64,000 nucleotides of DNA, from contig CAJVYQ010000008.1 of assembly GCA_913009825.1 (NCBI GenBank), positions 14,484 to 78,483 on the forward strand. The letters run 5' to 3'. Every line of letters starts with the position of its first letter. Position 1 is the first letter of the stretch. This document shows, piece by piece, positions 29,569 to 39,204 of this stretch. Under the pieces are notes generated by a model. It did not search any database. It had not been told where the DNA came from and saw nothing but the letters and a program-made list of their open reading frames with translations. Position numbers and translations under genes: made by a program. The DNA is from an uncultured Deferribacteres bacterium (lineage in GTDB: Bacteria; Zhuqueibacterota; JdFR-76; DREG01).

Positions 29569-29885
29569 CTCAGCCCGCCTGATAGTGAACCATCAGGCTA
29601 AGAAAAGGCAGCGCTATAAATAGCGCTGCCGGGCAGGATGCTTTAGCATCCTTTTTACTCTCAGCCCCGTGGTTCTCCACGGGGCGCCATGGCATAGATT
29701 GAGTGCTTTCTTTTTAACCCGACTGAATCAGCTCAGCCCGCCTGATAGTGAACCATCAGGCTAAGAAAAGGAAGCGCTATAAATAGCGCTGCCGGGCAGG
29801 ATGCTTTAGCATCCTTTTTACTCTCAGCCCCGTGGTTCACCACGGGGCGCCATGGCTTAGCCAGGCAGCCCGCTCGAAAGTCGGG
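29569..29885. repeat. Tandem duplication of two roughly 163-bp units of a multi-hairpin element (family 5)
   Basis: Unit 1 is about 29569-29731 and unit 2 about 29732-29885, and they are about 97% identical. Each unit carries four hairpins: cctgatagtgaaccatcagg, cagcgctataaatagcgctg, ggatgctttagcatcc and ccccgtggttctccacgggg. A related single unit sits inside 39205-39363. Confidence 0.85.
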
Positions 29886-29889
29886 AATG

Positions 29890-30495
29890 CTACTGAATTT
29901 CTATCTTTTCTTTTTGAGCAAATTCATCGGCAAAATTAAATCCGATATCCAGCGCTCTCAGATTCATCTCCTGGGTTCCCTTGGGGGCGCGGCGTTTAAC
30001 CGAAGCAGTGAGCGCCTCTTTGGAAACCACATCAATTAATCCTACCACAATCCCCAGCGCGATTACATTGGAATAGATGGTTCGTCCCATTTCCCGAAGC
30101 GCCAGATCGATAATAGGCAATTGAATTAATTTATGAGGAGGATTATTCAAATTGGGCACCAAGTTGGAATCGACCAGCACCAGCGCATCATCGGCTAAAT
30201 CCCGGAAAAACCGGTTATCTGGATTGTTCCCGCCGTAAAACCGGTCGTATGATCTTTGTGCCAACGACATAAAAAAATTGATCTCTCTGGTTTGCGGATA
30301 AGTAATCACATCGGAACTTATCACCACATCTACCTTGGTTGCTCCGCCGCGAACCTGCGCTGTGTAAGTGGGACTTTGCAGTGCGTATTTTTGATCGAAT
30401 AAAACAGCAGCCTCAGCAAAAATGGCACCGGCAAGAATAACGCCCTGACCTCCCACACCGCTAAAGCGTAAATCTATTCTTTTCTTTTCCATCAT
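29890..30495 (-). CDS. 2-oxoacid:ferredoxin oxidoreductase gamma subunit
   Basis: The 201-aa product belongs to the POR/KOR gamma family (GVGGQGVILAG). Confidence 0.85.
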   Translation of the reverse strand: MMEKKRIDLRFSGVGGQGVILAGAIFAEAAVLFDQKYALQSPTYTAQVRGGATKVDVVISSDVITYPQTREINFFMSLAQRSYDRFYGGNNPDNRFFRDLADDALVLVDSNLVPNLNNPPHKLIQLPIIDLALREMGRTIYSNVIALGIVVGLIDVVSKEALTASVKRRAPKGTQEMNLRALDIGFNFADEFAQKEKIEIQ

Positions 30496-31319
30496 TTATT
30501 CTCCTTCTGCTGAACTTTTTCAATTAACATACGGGTACGTTCAGTGTATTCCAGTTTAGAGTCATCCTTAATAAATTCGCCCATGACATATTTCCCTGCC
30601 AATTTTTCTTCACTCATCTTTTCGGCTTTTCTCATCGCAACCCCGCGTTCCTTTATCCAATGCAGCATATCAACGGGATCGCCTAACCTGTTACGACGGC
30701 CAAACTGCACCGGACAAGTAGATTCGGCAACGACCAAACTGGCGCCTTTATGCGCAAATGAAGCTTTGATATACTTTTCCAGAATCAAACCCTGGGCAAC
30801 GGTACCACGGGCTACATAAGTAGCGCCGGCGCCGATAGCCAATTTAGCAATATCAAAATTAGGCTCGACATGTCCGTAAGGAGAAGTGCTGGCATAACTT
30901 CCCGGCGGCGTGGTGGGTGAATATTGTCCGCCGGTCATGCCGTAAATGTTGTTATCATTGATGATCATATTGATATCGATGTTACGGCGGCAAAAATGGA
31001 TGAAATGATTGCCGCCGATAGCGGTGGAATCACCATCCCCGGCAACAACGATGACATGCTTATCCGGCCGGGCCATTTTCAGGCCGGTTGCAAATGCCAG
31101 GGCGCGGCCATGTGTTGTGTGAACCGTATTGAAATCAACATAACCCGGCATTCTGCTGGTACAGCCAATTCCCGAAACAAGAACAATATCATCATTTTTC
31201 CATCCCATGGCATCAACCGAACGTAAGATGGCCTTCAATAAGATGCCGATACCGCAACCGGGACACCACATGTGTGGAATATATTGATTGCGAAGATACT
31301 TGCTATAGTCAAAAGTCAT
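30492..31319 (-). CDS. 2-oxoacid:ferredoxin oxidoreductase beta subunit (TPP-binding)
   Basis: It has the TPP-binding motifs (WCPGCGIG ... GDGDSTAIGGNHFIH) and a 4-nt overlap with the gamma subunit. Confidence 0.88.
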   Translation of the reverse strand: MTFDYSKYLRNQYIPHMWCPGCGIGILLKAILRSVDAMGWKNDDIVLVSGIGCTSRMPGYVDFNTVHTTHGRALAFATGLKMARPDKHVIVVAGDGDSTAIGGNHFIHFCRRNIDINMIINDNNIYGMTGGQYSPTTPPGSYASTSPYGHVEPNFDIAKLAIGAGATYVARGTVAQGLILEKYIKASFAHKGASLVVAESTCPVQFGRRNRLGDPVDMLHWIKERGVAMRKAEKMSEEKLAGKYVMGEFIKDDSKLEYTERTRMLIEKVQQKENK

Positions 31320-31320
31320 T

Positions 31321-32454
31321 TTATATTACCTCCTGCAATTTGGCCAATATTTCTCGGGGACGAATCAATTGTCCGCCTACCTCCTGAACGCCGACAATGT
31401 CTGCATTTCCATTTGCCGCACGCTGAACCTCTAAAATCAATTGTCCCAAACTCATTTCCGGCACAATAATTTTTTTTACCTGTTTCGCTATTTCCAAAAC
31501 CCGTTTCTCCGGAAAAGGCCAGATTGTTAGAGGACGCAGCAAACCGACTTTTATACCCTGTTTGCGAGCTTCATCGATGGCATCGATGGCGGAACGGCCA
31601 ACCGACCCAAAGGCAACAACGGCGATCTCAGCATCATCCAGATGATATTCATGATTACTCAAAATTTGATCCGTATTGCCTATGATTTTCCGTTGTCTTC
31701 TCATTTGAATGGCATCGACTTCCTCCACATCAGTGGTGGGAAAACCGGACTTGCCATGACTCAATCCGGTGATATGAAACCGGTAACCTTCGAAAAAGTT
31801 TGCCATCGGCGGTACATCACCAAAGCGATCATCGAACGGGAGATATTCTTCGGGCGGCACCGTCGGTTTGGTTCTGTCGACGATTTCAAGCGAACCGGGA
31901 TCCGGAAGCTGTACACCTTCGTGCAAATGCCCCAGAATTTCATCTAACAAAATGATCACAGGAATACGAAATTTTTCCGATAGATTGAAGGCACGAATCG
32001 TTTCACTGTAGATCTCATCCATGAAAGCAGGAGTTACGGCAATAATTTCATGATCGCCATGAGTTCCCCAGCGCACCTGCATCAGATCAGATTGGGAAGG
32101 CGCCGTGGGAAGACCGGTGCTTGGCCCGCCGCGCATCACATCGACAATAACACAGGGAGTTTCAGAAATACACGCATAGCCCAGATTTTCCTGTTTCAGT
32201 GAAAAACCGGGACCGCTTGTTGCCGTCATTGCTTTTTCCCCGGCAAGCGAAGCACCGATGATTGCACCCATGCTGGCAATCTCATCTTCCATCTGCATAA
32301 AAATCCCCCCGACTTTTGGTAATTTTCTTGCCAGCTGCTCAGCAATTTCCGAAGACGGTGTGATCGGATAACCGGCAAAAAAACGACAACCGGCGTCAAT
32401 GGCTGCCTGGGCAATAAGATCGTTTCCGCCCCATAATTCAAGTTTATTACTCAC
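31321..32454 (-). CDS. 2-oxoacid:ferredoxin oxidoreductase alpha subunit
   Basis: The 377-aa product belongs to the POR/KOR alpha family. Its position upstream of sucCD suggests a 2-oxoglutarate specificity, but this cannot be decided from sequence. Confidence 0.85.
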   Translation of the reverse strand: MSNKLELWGGNDLIAQAAIDAGCRFFAGYPITPSSEIAEQLARKLPKVGGIFMQMEDEIASMGAIIGASLAGEKAMTATSGPGFSLKQENLGYACISETPCVIVDVMRGGPSTGLPTAPSQSDLMQVRWGTHGDHEIIAVTPAFMDEIYSETIRAFNLSEKFRIPVIILLDEILGHLHEGVQLPDPGSLEIVDRTKPTVPPEEYLPFDDRFGDVPPMANFFEGYRFHITGLSHGKSGFPTTDVEEVDAIQMRRQRKIIGNTDQILSNHEYHLDDAEIAVVAFGSVGRSAIDAIDEARKQGIKVGLLRPLTIWPFPEKRVLEIAKQVKKIIVPEMSLGQLILEVQRAANGNADIVGVQEVGGQLIRPREILAKLQEVI

Positions 32455-32537
32455 GATTACCTCCGCTTTCAGGTTTTTTGTGTGGATTTCAAAATATTAA
32501 GTTTAAACTGCTTAAAATTTGAAGTCACTAAAATTAG

Positions 32538-32693
32538 ACCTAAATTGAACGATTCTTAGCCTGAAACAACCACCCAAAGAGTTTTGTCATTCTGCCTGCC
32601 CGACGAACCGCAGGCGGGAAAGAATCTTGTTAGTTCTGTGCGCTAAACCAACAAGATTCCTACGGAATGACATTAGAATCGCTCAATTCAGGT
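32538..32693. repeat. Family-2 MITE (same 18-bp TIR as family 1, with a different core) flanked by TSD TAG
   Basis: The termini are acctaaattgaacgattc and gaatcgctcaattcaggt. The flanks read tag at 32535-32537 and tag at 32694-32696. The core contains gtcattctgcctgcccgacgaaccgcaggcgggaaagaatc and gtcattccgtaggaatc. Confidence 0.8.
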
Positions 32694-32737
32694 TAGAATA
32701 AAGTACCTCTCTGTTTCATTTTAGTTACTGTAAAATT

Positions 32738-32992
32738 TCATGATATTTCAATGGCAAAATCGGGACATTCTATCTCGCAAAGCATACATTTTGTACACTT
32801 TTCCAGATCGATGACTTCCACCACATAGCCCTCCCACTTGGCCGGGTCTTTGCGCATTGCCAATACATTTTGCGGACAAACATCCACACAAATGTCGCAT
32901 GCCTTACAATTCTCATTGATAATTTCAATTTTTGCAGGAGATTTATCTTTCTTTTTTGCCGCCTTTGGAGCAGCAACAGCTGCATCTGCCAT
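32738..32992 (-). CDS. 2-oxoacid:ferredoxin oxidoreductase delta subunit (2x[4Fe-4S] ferredoxin)
   Basis: The 84-aa product has two CxxCxxCxxxCP motifs (CKACDICVDVCP, CTKCMLCEIECP). Confidence 0.85.
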   Translation of the reverse strand: MADAAVAAPKAAKKKDKSPAKIEIINENCKACDICVDVCPQNVLAMRKDPAKWEGYVVEVIDLEKCTKCMLCEIECPDFAIEIS

Positions 32993-33037
32993 AATCTAAC
33001 TCCTTTTAATGATAAAATCATTTTAGTTCGACAACAG

Positions 33038-33313
33038 TTAATCCAACTTTTTTAAATGTTCGATTATATTTTTTTTTGTAATCTCATCAAAATCATTTCC
33101 GTACATTCTCAAAAACAACAATTCCCGAAATTCTTTCCCGGACAGCTTTGGCGGAAACGAGGAAATTGTTATTTCTCTGGCCATATCATACATTGAAATC
33201 CCCATCATAAACCGCTCTTCATTCGATCGGTTCATGATCATTTCTCTGAATCTCTTTTTTATATGCTCCGGTGTATCATTCATGACAACATTCCAAGTAC
33301 AAGTCATAAACAC
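33038..33313 (-). CDS. Hypothetical 91-aa protein, partner of the nucleotidyltransferase (possible TA or defence pair component)
   Basis: It overlaps the upstream NTase gene by 38 nt and is AT-rich. I recognise no conserved domain. Confidence 0.4.
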   Translation of the reverse strand: MFMTCTWNVVMNDTPEHIKKRFREMIMNRSNEERFMMGISMYDMAREITISSFPPKLSGKEFRELLFLRMYGNDFDEITKKNIIEHLKKLD

Positions 33314-33818
33314 TTAAATTCTTGGCCCATTTTTGCACATAGTTTAAATCATATTTCCCGGACAAAAGATTTTTAATATCATTCATTTGCATTTCAGAAT
33401 GAGAATCCATGGCCCATAGTAATTTAGATAAAATCAAATCTTCTAAACTGACATAAAACGTTTCAAAATCGCTAATTTTTTTCTTTTTCCTTCGTTTAAA
33501 CTCATTACGGTGAAACTCATCATCTTTTCGAATTATGCAATCAATTTTTATAACACTCTGATTGTTTATCATATTAAACATCGAATAATACTTAATTGAA
33601 TCTTTTAATGCATCTTCAGAAATATAATAGTCATCTTTAAACAGATCAAAAAATCTTGATGCTTCTGCTAAAGATAACTCAATTACAATATCAATATCAC
33701 GTGTCATCCTTGGTAAAACATAATAATTCATTGCAACTGATCCGGTGATCATAAAAGGGATGCCTGCATTTATTAACTTTTCAGACACATCCTGAATTAT
33801 TTTAAGTTCATAATTCAT
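33276..33818 (-). CDS. Minimal nucleotidyltransferase-fold protein (MNT/AbiEii-like)
   Basis: It has the GS...DxD motif [24 protein letters not shown]. The 180-aa product is markedly AT-rich relative to its neighbours and is inserted between korD and sucD. Confidence 0.55.
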   Translation of the reverse strand: MNYELKIIQDVSEKLINAGIPFMITGSVAMNYYVLPRMTRDIDIVIELSLAEASRFFDLFKDDYYISEDALKDSIKYYSMFNMINNQSVIKIDCIIRKDDEFHRNEFKRRKKKKISDFETFYVSLEDLILSKLLWAMDSHSEMQMNDIKNLLSGKYDLNYVQKWAKNLSVYDLYLECCHE

Positions 33819-34692
33819 AAACTTTCATCGCCTTTTGAACCGTAACCCCAATTTCCGCGGGACTTTCCACAACATGGATACCCGCCGCTTTCAACGCTTT
33901 CATTTTATCGGCTGCGCTTCCTTTACCGCCGGAAATGATGGCGCCGGCATGCCCCATTCTACGCCCCGGAGGTGCCGTACGGCCGGCAACAAAACCGACC
34001 ACCGGTTTGTCCACATTTTTTTTAACAAATTCCGCGGCTTCCTCTTCGGCGGTACCGCCGATTTCACCAATCAGCACAACCGCTTTTGTATCGTTATCTT
34101 TTTGATAATAGGCCAATGCATCGACAAAAGTGGTACCGATTACCGGATCGCCGCCAATACCGATACAAGTAGACTGGCCGATTCCCAATCCGGCAAGTTG
34201 ATGAACCGCTTCGTAGGTCAAAGTTCCGCTGCGGGAAATAACGCCAACCGGCCCGGGTATATGAATAAAACCCGGCATAATGCCGACTTTACATTTTCCC
34301 GGAGAAATGATTCCCGGGCAATTCGGACCAATTAAACGAGCAATGCGGGAAAGCAGGTAATTTTTTACATTCACCATGTCCACGGTGGGAATCCCTTCCG
34401 TGATGCACACAACCAATTTCACGCCAGCGTCGGCAGCTTCCATAATGGCATCGGCAGCAAAAGGCGGCGGCACAAAAATAACCGATGTGTTCGCACCTTC
34501 TTCCTCCACCGCTTCCGCAACTGTGTTGAAAATAGGAACTTTATCATCAAATTTCCGGCCTCCCTTTCCGGGAGTAACACCGGCGACAACCTGAGTACCG
34601 TATTCTATCATCTGTTTAGTATGAAAAGAACCTTCTCCACCGGTAATTCCTTGTACCACCAATCGAATCGATTCGTCAATGAGAATGCTCAA
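33808..34692 (-). CDS. sucD: Succinyl-CoA synthetase alpha subunit
   Basis: It has the CoA-binding and phospho-His regions ([10 protein letters not shown] ... [14 protein letters not shown]). Confidence 0.93.
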   Translation of the reverse strand: MSILIDESIRLVVQGITGGEGSFHTKQMIEYGTQVVAGVTPGKGGRKFDDKVPIFNTVAEAVEEEGANTSVIFVPPPFAADAIMEAADAGVKLVVCITEGIPTVDMVNVKNYLLSRIARLIGPNCPGIISPGKCKVGIMPGFIHIPGPVGVISRSGTLTYEAVHQLAGLGIGQSTCIGIGGDPVIGTTFVDALAYYQKDNDTKAVVLIGEIGGTAEEEAAEFVKKNVDKPVVGFVAGRTAPPGRRMGHAGAIISGGKGSAADKMKALKAAGIHVVESPAEIGVTVQKAMKVYEL

Positions 34693-34735
34693 TTTTTCCT
34701 CCTAAATTTATTATTTTTATTTTCGTCTTTTTTCA

Positions 34736-35896
34736 TCATTTATGAATTGTTGCAACTACTTTCTCCGCGCCGTCTTTAAGGGTGGTAGCTACAGTAAATT
34801 CCAGGTCGGAATTATTCAGAATTTCAGCCGCTTCTTCCGCGTTCGTTCCTTGCAATCTGATGACAACCGGAACATTGATATTCACTTTGGAAACGGCATC
34901 GATCACGCCTGTGGCAACGCGGTCACAGCGAACAATGCCGCCAAAAATATTTATAAGCACTGCTTTCACGTTTTTGTCCCCCAGCAAAATTTTAAAACCG
35001 TTCTCCACAGTTTCCGCGCTGGCGGATCCGCCCACATCCAGAAAGTTGGCCGGTTCCGATCCGGCTAATTTGATAATGTCCATTGTAGCCATTGCCAGGC
35101 CGGCGCCATTCACCATGCAGCCCACTTCGCCATCCAGTTTGATGTAGTTCAGATTGTATTTGGAGGCTTCCACCTCTAACGGTTCTTCTTCGTTCAGGTC
35201 ACGGTATTCAACCAGATCTTTGTGACGAAACATGGCATTGTCATCTAAATTGATTTTTGCGTCCAGGGCAAGAACACGGCCGTCTTTAGTAACCACAAGC
35301 GGATTAATTTCCGCCAGGGATGCGTCAACGGCCACAAAAGCTTTATACAGGGCCATCAGGAACTTAACCCCGTTTTTAAACTGATCTCCGCTTAATCCCA
35401 AACCGAATGCCAGTTTTCCGGCCTGGAAGGGCAGCAATCCGGCAGCCGGATCGATATACTCTTTCAAAATCTTTTCCGGAGTTTCCGCGGCAACTTTTTC
35501 GATTTCTACGCCGCCCTCTGTGCTTGCCATGAAGACCAATTGGGATTTTGCCCGGTCTAACACCACACCGACATACAGTTCCCGCGCAATATCCATGGTC
35601 TCTTCAATCAGCACCTTATGAACCTGTTTTCCTTCCGAACCGGTTTGATGTGTAACCAGCGTCATGCCGATCATTTCGGCGGCCAGTTTTTCCGCTTCTG
35701 CAACGCTGCCGGCTAATTTCACACCGCCGCCTTTGCCGCGGCCGCCGGCATGAATTTGCGCCTTTACCACTACCTTACCGTGCAACTCTTCGGCCACCTC
35801 CCGGGCTTCACCGGGTGTAAATGCAACTTTGCCCTGCGGTACGGCTACACCGAAGCGTTTCAAAATTTCTTTTGCCTGATATTCATGAATTTTCAA
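34736..35896 (-). CDS. sucC: Succinyl-CoA synthetase beta subunit
   Basis: It has an ATP-grasp domain ([12 protein letters not shown] ... [17 protein letters not shown]). Confidence 0.93.
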   Translation of the reverse strand: MKIHEYQAKEILKRFGVAVPQGKVAFTPGEAREVAEELHGKVVVKAQIHAGGRGKGGGVKLAGSVAEAEKLAAEMIGMTLVTHQTGSEGKQVHKVLIEETMDIARELYVGVVLDRAKSQLVFMASTEGGVEIEKVAAETPEKILKEYIDPAAGLLPFQAGKLAFGLGLSGDQFKNGVKFLMALYKAFVAVDASLAEINPLVVTKDGRVLALDAKINLDDNAMFRHKDLVEYRDLNEEEPLEVEASKYNLNYIKLDGEVGCMVNGAGLAMATMDIIKLAGSEPANFLDVGGSASAETVENGFKILLGDKNVKAVLINIFGGIVRCDRVATGVIDAVSKVNINVPVVIRLQGTNAEEAAEILNNSDLEFTVATTLKDGAEKVVATIHK

Positions 35897-35989
35897 AAGA
35901 ACCTCCGCTTAAATTTGAATTTAAAGATTGATGAATTATCAACAAAAACAACATTGTTTCACATATAACCGGTATTCACTTATTTAGAT

Positions 35990-36094
35990 CCTGAATTGAG
36001 CGATTCTAATGTCATTCCGTAGGAATCTTGTTAATTTATTGCTAATATTTAAAAAGATTCCTCCTGAATGACATGAGAATTGCTCAATTTAGGT
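35990..36094. repeat. Family-2 MITE copy (about 105 bp) abutting and providing the 3' end of the hepT remnant
   Basis: Its first 43 nt (cctgaattgagcgattctaatgtcattccgtaggaatcttgtt) are identical to the right end of the 32538-32693 copy. The right terminus gaatgacatgagaattgctcaatttaggt overlaps the hepT stop codon at 36089-36091. Confidence 0.75.
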
Positions 36095-36409
36095 ATCACA
36101 TACTTCGAAAATCACCTCTGCATTAATTTCAAAATAGTGATGACTAATAATATCATGCATCACCCTGGCTCCTTTCCAATTGATATCAGCATACAGGGAA
36201 AGAAGTTTTCCGTTGGTAATTTTATCAAAATTTTTCAGACTCTCTCCGACAGCAATTAATTGCATACAAATTGAATCTAATTTTTCCATACCGGCAGGAG
36301 AATTTGTAAAATCGGCAACATTATTTAGCGGTATAAATCTATCTCATATAATGTCCAATGACTTGAGAATTTGAGAAAGAATTTCAGAGACAAGTTCTCT
36401 ATCATACAT
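36089..36409 (-). pseudogene. hepT: HepT (DUF86, HEPN RNase) toxin gene interrupted by an in-frame TGA and with its C-terminus running into a MITE terminus
   Basis: The ATG at 36409-36407 overlaps the mntA stop. It reads MYDRELVSEILSQILKSLDII, then TGA at 36346-36344, and the same frame continues DRFIPLNNVADFTNSPAGMEKLDSIC...INWKGARVMHDIISHHYFEINAEVIFEVCDT with the HEPN Rx4-6H motif. Other genes in the window terminate on TGA, so recoding is unlikely. Confidence 0.65.
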
Positions 36410-36704
36410 CAATAACATCCCGTTCGATTCTTTTTTTCAATTGAATATTCATTCCATCACGCAATCGGATAGTATCCACTTTAACACCAAAATAGTCTTC
36501 CAGATCAACTTTAATACTACCCAGAAGAAATAAGTCCGGCTTTTTCTGTTCAACAATAATATCGATATCACTTTGTTGATCAAATGTTCCTCTCGCCACC
36601 GATCCAAAAACACCAATTTTCACAAACTGATATTTTCCTTGATATTTGTTTTTATATGGCTTTATTTTTCTTAAAATTTCAGATTGATTCATTGACAAAC
36701 TCAT
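36402..36704 (-). CDS. mntA: MntA-type minimal nucleotidyltransferase antitoxin
   Basis: The 100-aa product has the motif GVFGSVARGTFDQQSDIDIIVE (GS...DxD) and is immediately upstream of, and overlapping, the DUF86 gene. Confidence 0.8.
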   Translation of the reverse strand: MSLSMNQSEILRKIKPYKNKYQGKYQFVKIGVFGSVARGTFDQQSDIDIIVEQKKPDLFLLGSIKVDLEDYFGVKVDTIRLRDGMNIQLKKRIERDVIDV

Positions 36705-36755
36705 TATGTTGTGAAAAACCCATTTTTTTTAACTATAAGTTTCACAAATAAAAAA

Positions 36756-37718
36756 TCACAGCATGTGCACAATTCTTGTCCCGGTTAATCCTTTCATTGC
36801 ATCCACATGTTTTTCTATAGATGTGATCATTACTATTTCGCCACCCGATTCCAAAAACCGAATAGCCGCTTCTATTTTCGGCCCCATACTTCCGGCCGGA
36901 AATTGACCTGCGGCCAGGTATTTCTTTGCTTCGGCAACGGTAATTCGATCCAAAGCTTTCTGATTTGGTTTTGCATAATTGAGATAAACTTTCTCAACGG
37001 CGGTTAAAATGTAAAGTTCCCTGGCGCCGATCTCCGTGGCCAGAACAGCCGAAGCCAGGTCTTTATCGATAACACCGTCGACACCTTCATACGTGCTGTC
37101 CTTTTCGATGTAGATCGGGATACCACCGCCGCCGACGGTAATGACAATCACTCCTTCATCAAATAAACGCCGGATGGTATTTTTTTCCACAATCCGGATC
37201 GGTTTCGGGGATGGAACCACACGCCGCCAACCCCGGCCCGGGTCTTCCCTGATAGTCCATCCTCTTTCCTTTTTGAATTTTTCCACATCCTCTTTGCGGA
37301 AAAAAGGACCGACAAATTTTGTGGGATTCCGGATTGAAGGATCATCACGGTCAACGATGACCTGGGCGAGGAGGGTAACGATTTCCCGGTCTATATTTTC
37401 CCTGATCAGTTTATTTTGCAGCGATTGTCCGATCATGTAGCCCATACCGCCACATAAATCGGCTACCAATACGCCAAGAGGTACCGGCGGCACCTGGTCG
37501 CGGGCAATCTCTACACGGATGAGAGCATTGCCTATTTGAGGGCCATTGCCATGACTAACTGCCAGCAAATAACCCCGATCAATCATTTCCCGCACACCAA
37601 GCAAACTACGCCTTGTATTGGCAAATTGCTGGTAAATGTTTCCTTCCTCGAATTCACGAGTTATAGCATTTCCCCCTAAGGCGACAACAGCTCGCTTATT
37701 CGCATCTATATTTCTCAT
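36756..37718 (-). CDS. arcC: Carbamate kinase
   Basis: The 320-aa product aligns end to end with enterococcal carbamate kinase (VVALGGNAI, VSHGNGPQIGN, NPTKFVGPFF, GRGWRRVVPSPKPIRIVE, GGGGIPI, GVDGVIDKDLAS, PGSMGPKIEAAIRFLESGG). Confidence 0.9.
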   Translation of the reverse strand: MRNIDANKRAVVALGGNAITREFEEGNIYQQFANTRRSLLGVREMIDRGYLLAVSHGNGPQIGNALIRVEIARDQVPPVPLGVLVADLCGGMGYMIGQSLQNKLIRENIDREIVTLLAQVIVDRDDPSIRNPTKFVGPFFRKEDVEKFKKERGWTIREDPGRGWRRVVPSPKPIRIVEKNTIRRLFDEGVIVITVGGGGIPIYIEKDSTYEGVDGVIDKDLASAVLATEIGARELYILTAVEKVYLNYAKPNQKALDRITVAEAKKYLAAGQFPAGSMGPKIEAAIRFLESGGEIVMITSIEKHVDAMKGLTGTRIVHML

Positions 37719-39037
37719 TGTTTTGCTAAAAAGTCATTGACAATTTTTCTTAAATCAGGTTCACCGATCACCTGCAGATCATAGCGCACACGGGTTGCCG
37801 GCTTGTCAATTTTAACCACTTTCCGCAAATCGATAGGCGTAGCTACCACAACGGTGTCACACTCCACCCGGTTGATGGTTTTTTCCAGATCAGCAACCTG
37901 TTTATCGCCGTACCCCATGGCCGGCAGTAAAGTCCCGATGTAAGGATATTTTTTAAAGGTCGCGGCAATAGATTCAACCAGATAGGGCCGCGGATCGACA
38001 ATTTCTGCAGCGCCCAGTTTTTTTGCCGCCACAATGCCGGCGCCATATTTCATTTCACCGTGAGTAAGCGTTGGGCCGTCTTCGACAACCAAAACTTTTT
38101 TACCGCGGATCAGAGAAGGATCATCTACCGAAATAGGAGAAGCTGCATCTACAACCAAAGCTCCGGGATTCACCTTTTGAATCGATTCCCGCACTTTCTG
38201 GATATTTTCCCAGTCAGCAGATTCTTCTTTATTGATGATAACAACATCCGCCATCCTCAGGTTGGTTTCTCCGGGAAAATAGGTTAGTTCGTGCCCCGGA
38301 CGATGGGGATCGACAATTGTTATGAACAGATCCGGTTTGTAAAAGGGCAAATCATTGTTGCCGCCGTCCCAGAGAATAACATCCGCTTCTTTTTCTGCTT
38401 CCGCCAAAATATCACCGAAATCCACACCGGCGTAAACCACATTACCGGCAGCGATATGAGGTTCATATTCTTCCATCTCTTCGATGGTACATTTATTCTT
38501 AATCATATCATCATAATCGGCAAAACGCTGCACCCTTTGCGCATTCAGATCTCCGTAGGGCATGGGATGACGAATGGCCACTACTTTCTTACCGGCATCT
38601 TTCAATATTTTGCTGACATACCTGGTAGTTTGACTTTTCCCGCATCCGGTGCGCACAGCGCAAATGGCAATCACCGGCTTTTTGCTCTTAAGCATTGTTT
38701 GTTCACCGCCCATCACCATAAAATTGGCGCCGGCTGCCATCACTTCCGAAGCTTTGTGCATCACATATTCATGACGGACATCACTGTAAGAAAATACGAC
38801 CAGTTCCACCTCTGATTTTTTGATTAAATCCGTTAACTCCGCTTCCGGATAAATAGGAATTCCATTGGGATACTCATTTCCGGCTAATTCCGTCGGATAT
38901 TTTCTCCCTTCTATATTGGGAATTTGTGTTGCCGTAAACGCGACAACATCATATTCATCGTTCCCGCGAAAATAGGTGTTGAAATTATGAAAATCCCGGC
39001 CTGCCGCACCCATGATGATCACTTTTTTCTTAGCCAT
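37715..39037 (-). CDS. P-loop NTPase of the COG2403 / cyclic-2,3-diphosphoglycerate-synthetase-like family (tentative)
   Basis: The 440-aa product has an N-terminal Rossmann-like segment (KVIIMGAAGRDFHNF), a Walker A motif AVRTGCGKSQTT, a Walker B / G3-like motif ILWDGGNND and a G4-like motif INKEES. Its stop overlaps the arcC start by 4 nt (ATGA coupling). Confidence 0.5.
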   Translation of the reverse strand: MAKKKVIIMGAAGRDFHNFNTYFRGNDEYDVVAFTATQIPNIEGRKYPTELAGNEYPNGIPIYPEAELTDLIKKSEVELVVFSYSDVRHEYVMHKASEVMAAGANFMVMGGEQTMLKSKKPVIAICAVRTGCGKSQTTRYVSKILKDAGKKVVAIRHPMPYGDLNAQRVQRFADYDDMIKNKCTIEEMEEYEPHIAAGNVVYAGVDFGDILAEAEKEADVILWDGGNNDLPFYKPDLFITIVDPHRPGHELTYFPGETNLRMADVVIINKEESADWENIQKVRESIQKVNPGALVVDAASPISVDDPSLIRGKKVLVVEDGPTLTHGEMKYGAGIVAAKKLGAAEIVDPRPYLVESIAATFKKYPYIGTLLPAMGYGDKQVADLEKTINRVECDTVVVATPIDLRKVVKIDKPATRVRYDLQVIGEPDLRKIVNDFLAKQ

Positions 39038-39204
39038 TTTTTACTCCATTTCTTTATAGGGTTTAAGAAATTTTTACCCACACTACTTCAAAAAAAATAG
39101 CACCCATTTCCGGAATGGATGCCAAAATACAAACGACCGACAAACCCTGTCATAACGTGCCAAACTTTTTAATGTCGTTACACTTGCGTTAACATACAAA
39201 TAAT

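Noticed and set aside
36344-36346. TGA inside hepT as a recoded (Sec/Gly/Trp) codon rather than a nonsense mutation
   Set aside because: Neighbouring genes, including mntA 60 nt upstream, terminate on TGA. There is no SECIS-like hairpin, and no other in-frame TGA is seen in conserved genes in the window.
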